A stretch of 62,719 nt of DNA from Polyangiaceae bacterium (lineage in GTDB: Bacteria; Myxococcota_A; Polyangia; Polyangiales; Polyangiaceae), in the NCBI GenBank assembly GCA_033763455.1, contig JANRKO010000051.1, positions 1 to 62,719 on the forward strand. The letters are read 5' to 3'. This document shows positions 28,634 through 38,313 of this stretch, one piece after another. The notes below the pieces were generated by a model, which made no database searches, was not told where the DNA came from, and was given only the letters and a program-made list of their open reading frames with translations. The stretch's first letter is position 1. Each line of letters begins with the position of its first letter. The translations under genes and the position numbers were made by a program.

Positions 28634-30457
28634 ATGAGCCTCGCGCCGCAAAGCCTGCCTCAGGTCGACAAGTATGAACTAGTCGAGGAGTTGGGCCACG
28701 GCGGGATGGCAACCGTCTATCGAGCGCGTGATAAGCGACTCGGGCGAGAGGTTGCGCTCAAGATCATCCATCGGCACCTGCGGGAGAGTGCAGAAGTCTC
28801 GGCGCGCTTCGTCAGCGAAGCACGCGCGGTCGCAATGTTGCGGCATCCGAACATCGTCGAGGTTTATGACGTATCGGACGAAGGTGAGTCTGAGCGTTAC
28901 TTGGTGGTGGAGCTCGTAGAGGGCACCACCCTGCGCAAGTTGCTTCAGGAACGCGGCCATCTCCCCCCCGAGGTGGGTGCGGCCATCGGCATTCAAATAG
29001 CCGGCGCCCTCGCCCACGCTCACGAAAAGGGCGTCATCCACCGCGACGTGAAGCCCGAGAATATTTTGGTGCCGCGGGACCTCAAATCCCACGACACCGG
29101 CACGGAGAAGCCACAGGTTATCGTTAAAATGACGGACTTTGGCATCGCCAAGTTGCTGGATGCACAAGGCGTTACCTCCACTGGTCAGGTGTTGGGGTCG
29201 CCCGCGCACATGGCCCCCGAGCAAATTGAAGGTTCTTCCGTGGATGAACGCGCGGATGTTTTTGGCCTCGGCGTGATGCTCTACGAGTGCATGACGGGGC
29301 GCTTGCCGTTTGAAGGAAGCAACCCAGCCCAGGTGCTCCGGCGGGTGCTAGAGGGTTCCTTTGCCGCGGCCGATCGCGTGCGGCCCACGGTTGGCGGGCA
29401 ATGGGCACGCATTATCGGTCGAGCGCTTGCTCATGAGCCGGAGGGTAGGTTTCGCTACGCCCGGGATCTGCAAAAGGCGCTCGGGGACGAACTGCTCCGC
29501 GTTGGAATCAACGGTGAAGAGCTGCTGGCCGAATACCTGGCAGATCCGGACGCGGTCACAGCCAAATACGCTGACCGAGTCGTGCCACGGCTGGTGTCGA
29601 ACGCGCGTCAAGCCCGAAAAGCGCGCCAGGGCAGGGCTGCTGCTGACGATTTCAACCGGGCACTGGCCTACCAACCACAGGACAAGGCGCTCCTCGCAGA
29701 AGTCGCGAAGCTCGCGCGTTTTCAGGGTTTGAAGCTGTGGGGCGTGCGCGCGTTCTTTTCACTCCTGGCACTCACCGTCGTCGGCATCGGGATCTACCGC
29801 TGGGTCAAACAATCGGACTTGAGCGCGGTTGAGAAGCCCGGCGCCGTTGCCCAGGTCCGGGAGCTCGCGAGTCGTGCTACTCATCAAGGAGGGAAGGTCC
29901 CCGAAGGTGCAGCACCAGCCACGAGCGACGTCAACATTCAAGTGGCAAGCCCCCGTGGCAGTGGCCGCTCTGGAGTGTCAGAGCGCGCGCGGCCGAAGCT
30001 TGCCTCCACGCGCGCGGTGAAGATTGTCGTATCCGGTCCGCAAAACCCTACCGTGAAGGTGGATGGCCAAGAAGTGGAATGGTTTGGTCGGCAATTCCAG
30101 TTAACAACTGGACCGCATACCTTCGAATTTGTCCCACCCAACGAAATCTGCTGCGTGGGTGCCGTCAAAATCACTCGCAATATAGAGCCCTCCGTTGACC
30201 CGAACAGCGAGTTGATAGTCTCCGGGAAGATAGAGCTCAGGCCCGCTACGCTCACCCTCCAGGCTCCCCTGGGGGTGCAGGCAAGCTGTGGCCAGCTGGG
30301 CGAGCTCGTCGCCCAGGAAAGCCGGCAGCTGACGATGGACAAACCTGTGGTGGAAGGACATTGCACTGTTTTCCCACCCCAAGGGAGCGCGTTGGCACCG
30401 AAGCGTATTGACGTTACCCTACGAGCTGGAGAACGCTTAGCCATTCCGTGGCCGTAA
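28634..30457 (+). CDS. Hanks-type Ser/Thr protein kinase, membrane-spanning
   Basis: LGHGGMATVY, VALK, HRDVKPEN, DFGIAK and APE motifs. TM segment and C-terminal PEGA-like region. Confidence 0.93.
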   Translation: MSLAPQSLPQVDKYELVEELGHGGMATVYRARDKRLGREVALKIIHRHLRESAEVSARFVSEARAVAMLRHPNIVEVYDVSDEGESERYLVVELVEGTTLRKLLQERGHLPPEVGAAIGIQIAGALAHAHEKGVIHRDVKPENILVPRDLKSHDTGTEKPQVIVKMTDFGIAKLLDAQGVTSTGQVLGSPAHMAPEQIEGSSVDERADVFGLGVMLYECMTGRLPFEGSNPAQVLRRVLEGSFAAADRVRPTVGGQWARIIGRALAHEPEGRFRYARDLQKALGDELLRVGINGEELLAEYLADPDAVTAKYADRVVPRLVSNARQARKARQGRAAADDFNRALAYQPQDKALLAEVAKLARFQGLKLWGVRAFFSLLALTVVGIGIYRWVKQSDLSAVEKPGAVAQVRELASRATHQGGKVPEGAAPATSDVNIQVASPRGSGRSGVSERARPKLASTRAVKIVVSGPQNPTVKVDGQEVEWFGRQFQLTTGPHTFEFVPPNEICCVGAVKITRNIEPSVDPNSELIVSGKIELRPATLTLQAPLGVQASCGQLGELVAQESRQLTMDKPVVEGHCTVFPPQGSALAPKRIDVTLRAGERLAIPWP

Positions 30458-30491
30458 CCACGGGTAACGTTCGGGCGGTTCGCTGCGCAGA

Positions 30492-31547
30492 ATGGTCTCA
30501 CGCTCCCTCTCATTTTTGGCAACCTTGGTCGCTTGCACGGTTGGGCTGTTCTCGCCTGTGTTGGCGCAGGCGCCCGAGCCCAGCACTTCACCACCTGCAC
30601 CCGCTCCGCCTGAAGCCGGGCCCCGTGACGTTCAGCTTTCGGACGGGGCACGTGTGGAAAAGGCGATCACGCTGTACCAAAGTGGAGAGTACGGGCGCTG
30701 CGCCGATGAACTCAGTACGCTCCTCGACGGCGAACCGTCAGCGCGCTTGACCGATCCTTTGGCGATTGAAAGAGGTCGCCTGTGGCTCGCCACCTGTCTC
30801 ATAGGAGACGGCCAGCCTGCTCGAGCTGAGACGGCGCTGGAGAGCGCACTCCGGGCGCGACCTGGAATGCGCACTCCCGATCCTTTGACGTTCCCTCGGG
30901 CCCTCGTAGATCTGTTCATTCAAGCTCAAGATCGCCTGCGCTTCGTGCTGCAGAAGGAAGAGGAAAAGAGGGTTCAAGCAGCGAAAGCTCAAACGGAACT
31001 GTTGGAAGGGCAGAGAGCACGGGAAGAGTTGCGCGTGAAAGCGCTTGAGCGTTTTGCGGCTACCGAGACTGTGACCTACCTGAATCGTCGGTGGATCGCG
31101 GCGTTGCCGTTCGGCGTGGGTCAATTCCAAAACGGGAATGATGGCCTCGGGTGGGTGTTGTTAAGTAGCGAGGCTATACTGGCCGGTACAGCCCTTGTTT
31201 CCACGGTGGCGTACGTGAATCTAGAGACCACTGGAGTAAATGCACTCAATTCTCGCTCCACGGCGACGGATCAAGCCGTGTTGGATAGCAGCGTTAACAG
31301 GAACCTCCGAGCGTGGTACACACTTTCCACAGTGAGCGGCTACGGGTTTGCCGCCGTGGCCCTTGGCGGAGTGCTCGAAGCACAGCTGAATTTCGTGCCG
31401 GAAGTTAGCTTTACGCGTCGCCGCGAGTTGCCCGAAGCCCTGCGGCGGAAGAAAAGCGCAGGGGCAGCGCGTGAGCTAGTTCGCGTTTGGCCAAGCGTGG
31501 CCCTTGCGGGCACCGACGTGGCGTTCGGTCTTTCAGGGTCGTTCTAG
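30492..31547 (+). CDS. TPR-like exported protein
   Basis: Signal peptide, helical TPR-like region, PFGVGQFQNG, C-terminal ...GLSGSF. Directly downstream of the kinase. Confidence 0.7.
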   Translation: MVSRSLSFLATLVACTVGLFSPVLAQAPEPSTSPPAPAPPEAGPRDVQLSDGARVEKAITLYQSGEYGRCADELSTLLDGEPSARLTDPLAIERGRLWLATCLIGDGQPARAETALESALRARPGMRTPDPLTFPRALVDLFIQAQDRLRFVLQKEEEKRVQAAKAQTELLEGQRAREELRVKALERFAATETVTYLNRRWIAALPFGVGQFQNGNDGLGWVLLSSEAILAGTALVSTVAYVNLETTGVNALNSRSTATDQAVLDSSVNRNLRAWYTLSTVSGYGFAAVALGGVLEAQLNFVPEVSFTRRRELPEALRRKKSAGAARELVRVWPSVALAGTDVAFGLSGSF

Positions 31548-31558
31548 GAATAGGCACC

Positions 31559-31587
31559 GCGTGTCGACCCGACACGGGGCGACACGC
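31559..31587. terminator. Hairpin between convergent genes
   Basis: (G)CGTGTCG can pair with CGACACG at 31570 or CGACACGC at 31580. No U-tract. Confidence 0.4.
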
Positions 31588-31606
31588 AAGCCCTTGTTAA
31601 GAAGGT

Positions 31607-33082
31607 TCAGCTCAAGCTGATGGCGCCAGTGTTGAACTCGGCGTCACCCACGGTTGCAGCGTTGAGCCCCATCGTGTTCACAACTGTGGTGAGGATATCG
31701 TTGATGTTTCGCCCCTGCATGTCCACTCGGCGTCCGGTGCGGAACGCGCCGCCGGCCTTGCCAATGATGGTGGAAAGAGCCGGGGAAAGCACGTGAGAGC
31801 CGTTGCCCATCTCCGAGGCGAGGTACACAATGGAATTGTCCAACATGCTCCCGGTGCCCTCGGGCGTATTTTTGAGCTTGTTCACGAACTCCACCATTTG
31901 CTCAAAGATCCATGTCTGCGCTTTAATGTACTCGCCGCCGTTGATGCTGTGTTCCATGCCATGGTGATCGCCGGAGCAGCCGAGGAATTGGAAGCGAGGG
32001 ATGTGGTCTCCCGAGGATAGCCACTGGAGGGCCACGATGCGCGTTAGATCGCAGTTGAGTGATTGGTAAGCTAGCTCATTGAAGGCTGCACTCACCGGGC
32101 GCACATCCGTGCCTGCCTGTACACGCGCTTCCATTCCCGGCAGCGCGCAGGTGGGCCCGGGGTTCGCAGGTCCGCCGCCACCAACGGTGCCCCCTCCACC
32201 GCCTCCCCCTCCGGGAACAATCGGTAGGCCGCGCTCAAGCTCGCGCAGCGAGGTGAGGTGTTGATCGAGCTTCGCCTGCTCCGCATTACCAGCCAATGCT
32301 TTCACATCGGCAATCTCGGCGTACAGGAGGTCCAATCGGCTCTTGCCGCGTTGATAAAGGTTCAGCGTCGCAGGGTCGGGGGCGGCGGTGCCCGTAGCCG
32401 TTGTAGTGGGTGCCGGCGTGGAGCCCACAGTGGGCAACCCATTTCCAAAAAGGCGAGTAAACGCGCTCATTGGATCTGACATGGGGCGCACGGCACGGCC
32501 ACCCTTGTAGAAGCACTCCGCATGATCGCCGCCCTGGCCTTTGTCCCAAAGGGTTCCAAAGTGAAGCGCATCAAAGGGCGTGCTTTGGCCAATTGCCGCC
32601 GCTAGCGTCTGGTCAATCGTCGTAGCGGTGCCGTAGCTGTACACCACCGCATTGTAGGCTGCCTCATCCTCGGGGTTGAGGCCGGCGTCGCAAGCAGCCA
32701 TTCCCTTGCAGCCTTGGTCGTTCACCGCGCCGCCGAAGATGGAGCGACACCCGCCGCCGTGGCCTTCTAGTTCGAAAAACGTCGCAACTTTGTCGCCCGC
32801 CTTATTCTGCACGTTGTCGAACACGATCATGTCCGACTGCAGTGCAGCCCACGGCTTGTAAATACCATCGAAGTAGGTATCGAGACCGCCGCTATCGCCT
32901 CCGCCTTTGAACGGAATGCCACCCGGCAAATTGAGTAAGATCAAACGCAAAGGGAACGTGGTTTGCGCTTCGGCTAGCACGGAGCGGAACACCGGTGTCG
33001 CCAAGAAAGCTGCGGCGCCCAACTGCTTCAACAGGCTTCTGCGTTTGAGAACAGATTTAGACATAGTGCGAGTCTCTTTCAT
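31607..33082 (-). CDS. DUF1552-domain protein with twin-arginine signal
   Basis: KRRSLLKQLG Tat motif; TIDQ, KLDQHLTSLRELE, CDLTRIV, HGMEH and LDNSIVYLASEMG motifs. Confidence 0.88.
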   Translation of the reverse strand: MKETRTMSKSVLKRRSLLKQLGAAAFLATPVFRSVLAEAQTTFPLRLILLNLPGGIPFKGGGDSGGLDTYFDGIYKPWAALQSDMIVFDNVQNKAGDKVATFFELEGHGGGCRSIFGGAVNDQGCKGMAACDAGLNPEDEAAYNAVVYSYGTATTIDQTLAAAIGQSTPFDALHFGTLWDKGQGGDHAECFYKGGRAVRPMSDPMSAFTRLFGNGLPTVGSTPAPTTTATGTAAPDPATLNLYQRGKSRLDLLYAEIADVKALAGNAEQAKLDQHLTSLRELERGLPIVPGGGGGGGGTVGGGGPANPGPTCALPGMEARVQAGTDVRPVSAAFNELAYQSLNCDLTRIVALQWLSSGDHIPRFQFLGCSGDHHGMEHSINGGEYIKAQTWIFEQMVEFVNKLKNTPEGTGSMLDNSIVYLASEMGNGSHVLSPALSTIIGKAGGAFRTGRRVDMQGRNINDILTTVVNTMGLNAATVGDAEFNTGAISLS

Positions 33083-33105
33083 CTCAAATTCCTTAGTATG
33101 AGCGC

Positions 33106-34806
33106 TCAGTTGAAGCTCCGGAACGCGAAGTTATCGGACTTCGTGAGGGCCACAACGAGCTCCTTGATGTTGAGCCCACCGGCAGCAAGCTCTTGGGCGA
33201 TGGCGTCCACCCGAGCCGCTTCGTTGTTGCTTTCGTCGCGGCCGAACGCCCAGCGGTAGGCCTGCAGCGCGAGGCACTGCTTGCTTTCGATGCTGCCGGC
33301 AAGCTTCTGCGCCAGTGCCGGACCGCCTTGAAATGGGCCGTCCATGTCTATGGTGCTGGTAAAATTGCCGCTGGCGTCCACCGGTTTGCCGTTCTCCATG
33401 GTTCGGAACTTCCCAATGCCGTCGTAGTTTTCAAGACCAAACCCAACTGGATCGATCAAGGCGTGGCAACCTGAGCAACTAGGGCTCGCCGAATGGGCCA
33501 GGAAGCGTTCTCGAGTTGTGAGGTTGGGATCTTCGGGAACAGGCATCACTCCGAGGTTCTGAGGAGGTGAGGGCAACACCTGGCAGAGCAAGCCGATGCG
33601 AACGAATTTGCCCCGGCCAATCGGGAAAGACTCGAAGGCTTTGGAGTGCCGCGCAAGTACGCCGGGCTGCGTCAAAATTCCGGACCGTTCAGTGGCATTC
33701 AGCGACGTCTTCACGAGGGTAGCGCCCTGGCCGGGATCCGGAGCCCCATAGAGTGCTGCTAGGGGACCGTTCACGAAGGAATAGGGTGCCGTAAGCAGTG
33801 TGCTGAAGGTTGCGTCCCCCTGCCACAATACATCGTCGATGAACGTTTGGGTCTCTAGCTTCATCGCATCGCGAAGCTCGGGCGTGTAGGTGGGGTAAAC
33901 GTTGGCATCTTTTGGCAGCTCTTCGAGCCGACTTATGCCCACAAACAGCTCAAGAAAGTGGCGGAGGGTGGGTTTCGCTCCGTCGAGGGTGAGCAGCCTT
34001 CGAGCTTGCTGTTCACGCTGTTCCACGGTCAGAAGCTGCCCGGCGTCGGCCGCGGCTGCCAAAGGCTCATCCGGTAAATTGTCTGTCAGAAGATACGAAA
34101 GCTCCGTGGCGATTTCGTGGGAGTTCAAGGAACGCTTGGCACCTTGGGCTGGGTCGCCAAGCTCCGCCCTGTACACGAAGTTGGGCGACTGGAGCATCGT
34201 CTCGATTACTTGCGTGACCGCACCCGTGTACCCAGTTCGAGAGAGCTCGCCCGCGAAGAGTGCTTGGTAACGCTGCAGCTCAGTAGCGTTGAGCGGCCGC
34301 CGATACGCACTCCTCCCAAACGTTTGGATGAACGTATCCCCGCAGGCCGTTTCCGAGCCCCCAGCGCAGGGGGTTACCGTGTAGGCTTTCACTAGCTTCT
34401 CGGCGAGCGTGGCATACTGTTTCGCCAGGATCGGCGAGACTGTCAGCGAAGCGCTGTTGTTGTCGAGGTAACGTGTGGATTGGCTGAGTGGCTCGGTTTC
34501 GAATGTGTCGGTGGGTACGGCACCAAGCTTCAAAAGCGTGGAGACGCTGTTCTTGTATTGAGTGTTCGTTAGGCGACGAATAGCTGTCGGTCCGAAGGCA
34601 GCACCTGGTGGAGCCTGGGGAGGGGTACCCACACCTGTTCCGGTCCCAGGCGTTCCGGTCCCAGTCGGGCTGGTTGCGGGCCCTGCTGGAGCCGTGCCGC
34701 CATTGGGGCGACTGCTGACCTCTGATGAACACCCAACAGCACTCAATAGCGCCAGGGACAAAACACTTCCCGTTACGAGTCTTTGCATCACTAACCTCGA
34801 TTTCAC
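33106..34806 (-). CDS. DUF1587/1595/1592/1588/1585 multi-domain lipoprotein with a CxxCH motif
   Basis: IRRLTNTQY, AYRRPL, LQSPNFVYRAE, RSGILTQ, CSGCH..IDPVGFGLENYD motifs. AVGC lipobox. Confidence 0.9.
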   Translation of the reverse strand: MKSRLVMQRLVTGSVLSLALLSAVGCSSEVSSRPNGGTAPAGPATSPTGTGTPGTGTGVGTPPQAPPGAAFGPTAIRRLTNTQYKNSVSTLLKLGAVPTDTFETEPLSQSTRYLDNNSASLTVSPILAKQYATLAEKLVKAYTVTPCAGGSETACGDTFIQTFGRSAYRRPLNATELQRYQALFAGELSRTGYTGAVTQVIETMLQSPNFVYRAELGDPAQGAKRSLNSHEIATELSYLLTDNLPDEPLAAAADAGQLLTVEQREQQARRLLTLDGAKPTLRHFLELFVGISRLEELPKDANVYPTYTPELRDAMKLETQTFIDDVLWQGDATFSTLLTAPYSFVNGPLAALYGAPDPGQGATLVKTSLNATERSGILTQPGVLARHSKAFESFPIGRGKFVRIGLLCQVLPSPPQNLGVMPVPEDPNLTTRERFLAHSASPSCSGCHALIDPVGFGLENYDGIGKFRTMENGKPVDASGNFTSTIDMDGPFQGGPALAQKLAGSIESKQCLALQAYRWAFGRDESNNEAARVDAIAQELAAGGLNIKELVVALTKSDNFAFRSFN

Positions 34807-35111
34807 CCATCAGTGTAGCAGCGCCCAATAGCACCATGCCTTCAATTTTCAGTGGCGTAATTGAGCACTTTTGCGGAACACGCAGGCTCACCGTAATCGC
34901 CGCGCCGCCCGTTCGGTAAGGTTCGAACGTGGGTAGCATTCTGCGGATTTCTCGACAAATATTACCAATTGACTTCTTTTGATCGGAGCGGCTGGCACAA
35001 CTTGGTGTCGGGCTTCCAGTCGTTTTGATTCGAAAAGTTGTACCCACGGACCGGGCGAATGAGGAACAATTCAGTCATGTGACGCAAGTGTCCTATGTGG
35101 GAGAGCAGCGC

Positions 35112-35849
35112 CTAATGCTTCTTCCAAACCACAATGTAGAACCCCGCGAATCGCTTGAGTTGGGAGTCAGCAAGCCAGCGTTCTGCTTGGTAGAGGAGCG
35201 GTCGGAGAACGCCGATGCGCATCAGTTGTGCAGTAGGCGTTAATATACGAACGCCTCTTGAGGCCACAAGTTCAGAGCCGTATGGTACGAGTTTGGCCAC
35301 CGCAGTTGGTGAGTCAAAGCGCGTGAACACGTCGCTCTCACGTTTGCCATGCGCAATCCTGCCGGCTGGCAGGAACCGCTTAAGGAGGCCTCGCAGGCTG
35401 TGTGGGTTGTAGAACTCAGCGATGACGTATCCACCCGGGCGAACTACTCGGGTCAACTCAGACACAGCGAGCTCGATATCTTTGATGTGCGCTAGCACTT
35501 TGAAAGAACACACTACGTCAAAGCTGTTGTCGGCGAAGGGCAAAGCCGTTGCACTGCCCAGCACCACGTCTAGGCCGCGCTCCCGGGCCTTCTCCAGCAT
35601 GCCGGGAGACAAATCGAGCCCCTTGGCGCTTTTGGCGAACCGGGCAATGCGGTCGAGCACGAGCCCGGTTCCGCACCCCACCTCAAGCACGTCTTTACCC
35701 GCCCCGAAGCGGCGCACGAACTCGCTCTCCAATTCGTCGAGCAACTCGTGGTACCCCCCGGGGTCATTGGCCCCACGCACCCGCTCGTAGTTTTTGCTGA
35801 AGGCGTCGTAGTAGGCTCTGTTTTCTTGGTCTCGGCCGGCGGAGTCCAT
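35112..35849 (-). CDS. Class I SAM-dependent methyltransferase
   Basis: VLEVGCGTG, LDLSPGML and LPFADNSFDVV motifs. Confidence 0.9.
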   Translation of the reverse strand: MDSAGRDQENRAYYDAFSKNYERVRGANDPGGYHELLDELESEFVRRFGAGKDVLEVGCGTGLVLDRIARFAKSAKGLDLSPGMLEKARERGLDVVLGSATALPFADNSFDVVCSFKVLAHIKDIELAVSELTRVVRPGGYVIAEFYNPHSLRGLLKRFLPAGRIAHGKRESDVFTRFDSPTAVAKLVPYGSELVASRGVRILTPTAQLMRIGVLRPLLYQAERWLADSQLKRFAGFYIVVWKKH

Positions 35850-35970
35850 TTCCTGCCGGGGTGTAGTTCAGTCGCGGGCTGGGGCAAATGATGACCGCTT
35901 GGCTTTTTTGGGGGTGGACGGGGGTCGCCGAATGCGGCTATGGGCTGGTCCGTTCCCGCGCGGCGGGCGC

Positions 35971-35999
35971 TTGCACGCGGAAAATCCCTCCGCTAAGCT
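35971..35999 (+). promoter_or_regulatory. sigma70-type promoter of the rimP operon
   Basis: TTGCAC-N17-TAAGCT. Confidence 0.65.
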
Positions 36000-36029
36000 C
36001 CCCGCCGTCAAAACTTGGGTGGAGCCCCC

Positions 36030-36060
36030 GGGCCGCTCGTAAAGAGGGTCCTTTTTTTTT
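36030..36060 (+). terminator. rimP-leader intrinsic terminator/attenuator
   Basis: GGGCC-g-CTC/GTAAA/GAG-GGTCC hairpin followed by T9, 3 nt before the rimP ATG. Confidence 0.7.
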
Positions 36061-36063
36061 GCC

Positions 36064-36648
36064 ATGAGTCAAATTGCACACGAGAAAATCACCGGTCTGG
36101 ATCGCGATCGCCTTTTGGCGGCTGTGGAGCCGGTGTTACTCGCGCATGGCGTTGTTGGTGTTGAGCTCCTCTGGAAGACTGATCGCACGGGGCGTGTCTT
36201 GGAGCTCACTATCGAGCGGCCGGATAGCCTTGAGCCCGGAGGCGGCGTAACGCTCGATCTGTGCGGGGAAATCTCACGTGATGTGTCTGCTGCTCTCGAC
36301 TTGGCGGAGGTCATTGATACGCGGTATTCGCTGCTCGTTGGCTCGCCCGGGCTAGAGCGCGGTTTGTATTCGCTGCAGGATTATGCGCGTTTTAAGGGGC
36401 GTCGGGCACGTCTCAAGTTGGTGGAGGCGCTCGACGGGCAAATGGTAGTTCACGGCGAGTTGTTGGGGCTCGACGACGCAGGTGAGCCTACACTTAATAC
36501 GGAGTGGGGCGTGCGCACTATTCCGATGAAAAATATTGACCAGGCCCGGCTCGTGTTTGAGTGGTCTGGTGCAAAAGTGGCTGGTTCTTTCGGGAACCGA
36601 AGTGCAAATGGAAACGGACAAAAGTCTACGTTTCGAGCAAAGAGGTAG
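36064..36648 (+). CDS. rimP: Ribosome maturation factor RimP
   Basis: VTLDLCGEISRDVSAALD and YSLLVGSPGLERGL motifs. First gene of the nusA-infB operon. Confidence 0.92.
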   Translation: MSQIAHEKITGLDRDRLLAAVEPVLLAHGVVGVELLWKTDRTGRVLELTIERPDSLEPGGGVTLDLCGEISRDVSAALDLAEVIDTRYSLLVGSPGLERGLYSLQDYARFKGRRARLKLVEALDGQMVVHGELLGLDDAGEPTLNTEWGVRTIPMKNIDQARLVFEWSGAKVAGSFGNRSANGNGQKSTFRAKR

Positions 36649-36659
36649 GTACAGAGAAG

Positions 36660-38294
36660 ATGGCAACGCAACAAGCGGCCTTTGGCTTTGATCTAGGTTC
36701 GGTCGTCGATCAGGTGGCCCAGGAAAAGGGCATCAACAAGCAGGTTCTCATCGAAACGATGGAAGCTGCTATTCTGAAGGCTGCGCAAGCGGCATTCGGT
36801 GCCGAGCGTGAGCTCGAAGCTCGCTTTAATCCTGAGACCGGCAACATCGACCTCTTCCAGTACATGACGGTGGTTGAGGAAGTAGATCTCGCCGATCGCG
36901 AGATAGCGCTGGATGTGGCCCGAAAGCACGGCCTCGACGCCGAAATCGGCGAAGAGCTCGGCTTTCAGGTGTTCTGGCACCCGCGGGACGCTGAGCGAGC
37001 CAAGCAGCAGGATCAGGAATTTGGCTCGGTACTCGATATGTCCCAAGCACGCAGCACGTTCGGGCGCATTGCCGCCCAAACGGCCAAGCAAGTGCTGCTT
37101 CAGCGCGTGCGCGACGCGGAGCGCGACTTGATCTTCGAGGAGTACAAAGATCGTCAGGGCCAGCTGATCCGCGGAATTGTGCGGCGTTTTGAGCGTGGGC
37201 ACAACATCGTGGTGGATCTCGGTAAGACGGAGGGCGTGTTGCCCGGCCGTGAACAGACTCCCCGTGAGACGTATCGCCCGGGCGACAGAATCGTTGCCTA
37301 CGTGAAGAATATTGACCGCGAGTCTCGTGGCCCGATGATCATCCTAAGCCGTTCGGCACCTCAATTAGTGGAGAAGCTTTTTGAGGCTGAAGTGCCTGAA
37401 ATCTATGAGGGCATTGTGCGCATCGTGGGTGTGGCGCGTGAGCCTGGGGCTCGCAGCAAGATAGCTGTGGCGAGTCGCGATTCAGATGTCGACCCCGTCG
37501 GCGCTTGCGTGGGCATCAAGGGTTCTCGCGTGCAGGCAGTAGTGATGGAGCTTCGCGGGGAAAAGATCGATATCGTTCCCTACGATGATGATCCCGCACG
37601 TTACATTATCAACGCCATTCAGCCTGCGGAAGTGAACAAGGTGATCTTGGACGAAAGCGGGCACCGGATGGAGCTGGTGGTTCCGGACGAGAAGCTTTCG
37701 TTGGCAATCGGCCGTAAGGGTCAGAACGTGCGGCTTGCGTCGCAGCTTACTCGCTGGAAACTCGACATCATCAGCGAGAGCAAGTTCAAGCAGATTGAAG
37801 ACGAAGCGTTGGGCGCATTCCGTGGCGTTGAGGGCGTCGGGGAAGATCTTGCCCGCGCCATGTACCGCCTGGGTTTCCGCTCACTCGAAGAAGTGGCCGA
37901 AGCCGCGGCCGAAGAGCTCGTGGCCATCCCCGAGGTGGGAGGGCTCGAAAAGGCCCACGAGCTGCAACGCAATGCGCTAAGCGAGATGGAGCGTTCTCGG
38001 CTTGAGCGTCTTCAGAAGGCTCGTTCACAGAATGTGGCGCTGAGCGATCAGGACAAGCTGCGCTTGGTGCGCGGCATTGGTCTGCGTACGCTGCAACTGC
38101 TGGATGATGCGGGCTACAAGACCGTCAGCCACGTCGCGAATGAAGATCCGGATAAGCTTGTGCTGCAGTCCGGAATTAGTGCGGCCAAGGCTAAGGAAAT
38201 CTCCGAAGCAGCTCGGGAGCTCATGAAGTCAGATGCGGCCATCTTGGAGCGCCGTTCGCCGCCCCCAGCCGAGATGGGTGTGCGAGCTGAATGA
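36660..38294 (+). CDS. nusA: Transcription termination/antitermination factor NusA
   Basis: FGRIAAQTAKQV, S1/KH domains (REPGARSKIAV, AIGRKGQNVRLASQLT), C-terminal HhH-like repeats. Confidence 0.97.
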   Translation: MATQQAAFGFDLGSVVDQVAQEKGINKQVLIETMEAAILKAAQAAFGAERELEARFNPETGNIDLFQYMTVVEEVDLADREIALDVARKHGLDAEIGEELGFQVFWHPRDAERAKQQDQEFGSVLDMSQARSTFGRIAAQTAKQVLLQRVRDAERDLIFEEYKDRQGQLIRGIVRRFERGHNIVVDLGKTEGVLPGREQTPRETYRPGDRIVAYVKNIDRESRGPMIILSRSAPQLVEKLFEAEVPEIYEGIVRIVGVAREPGARSKIAVASRDSDVDPVGACVGIKGSRVQAVVMELRGEKIDIVPYDDDPARYIINAIQPAEVNKVILDESGHRMELVVPDEKLSLAIGRKGQNVRLASQLTRWKLDIISESKFKQIEDEALGAFRGVEGVGEDLARAMYRLGFRSLEEVAEAAAEELVAIPEVGGLEKAHELQRNALSEMERSRLERLQKARSQNVALSDQDKLRLVRGIGLRTLQLLDDAGYKTVSHVANEDPDKLVLQSGISAAKAKEISEAARELMKSDAAILERRSPPPAEMGVRAE

Positions 38295-38313
38295 AGGAGC
38301 TTGCCTAGGTCGA

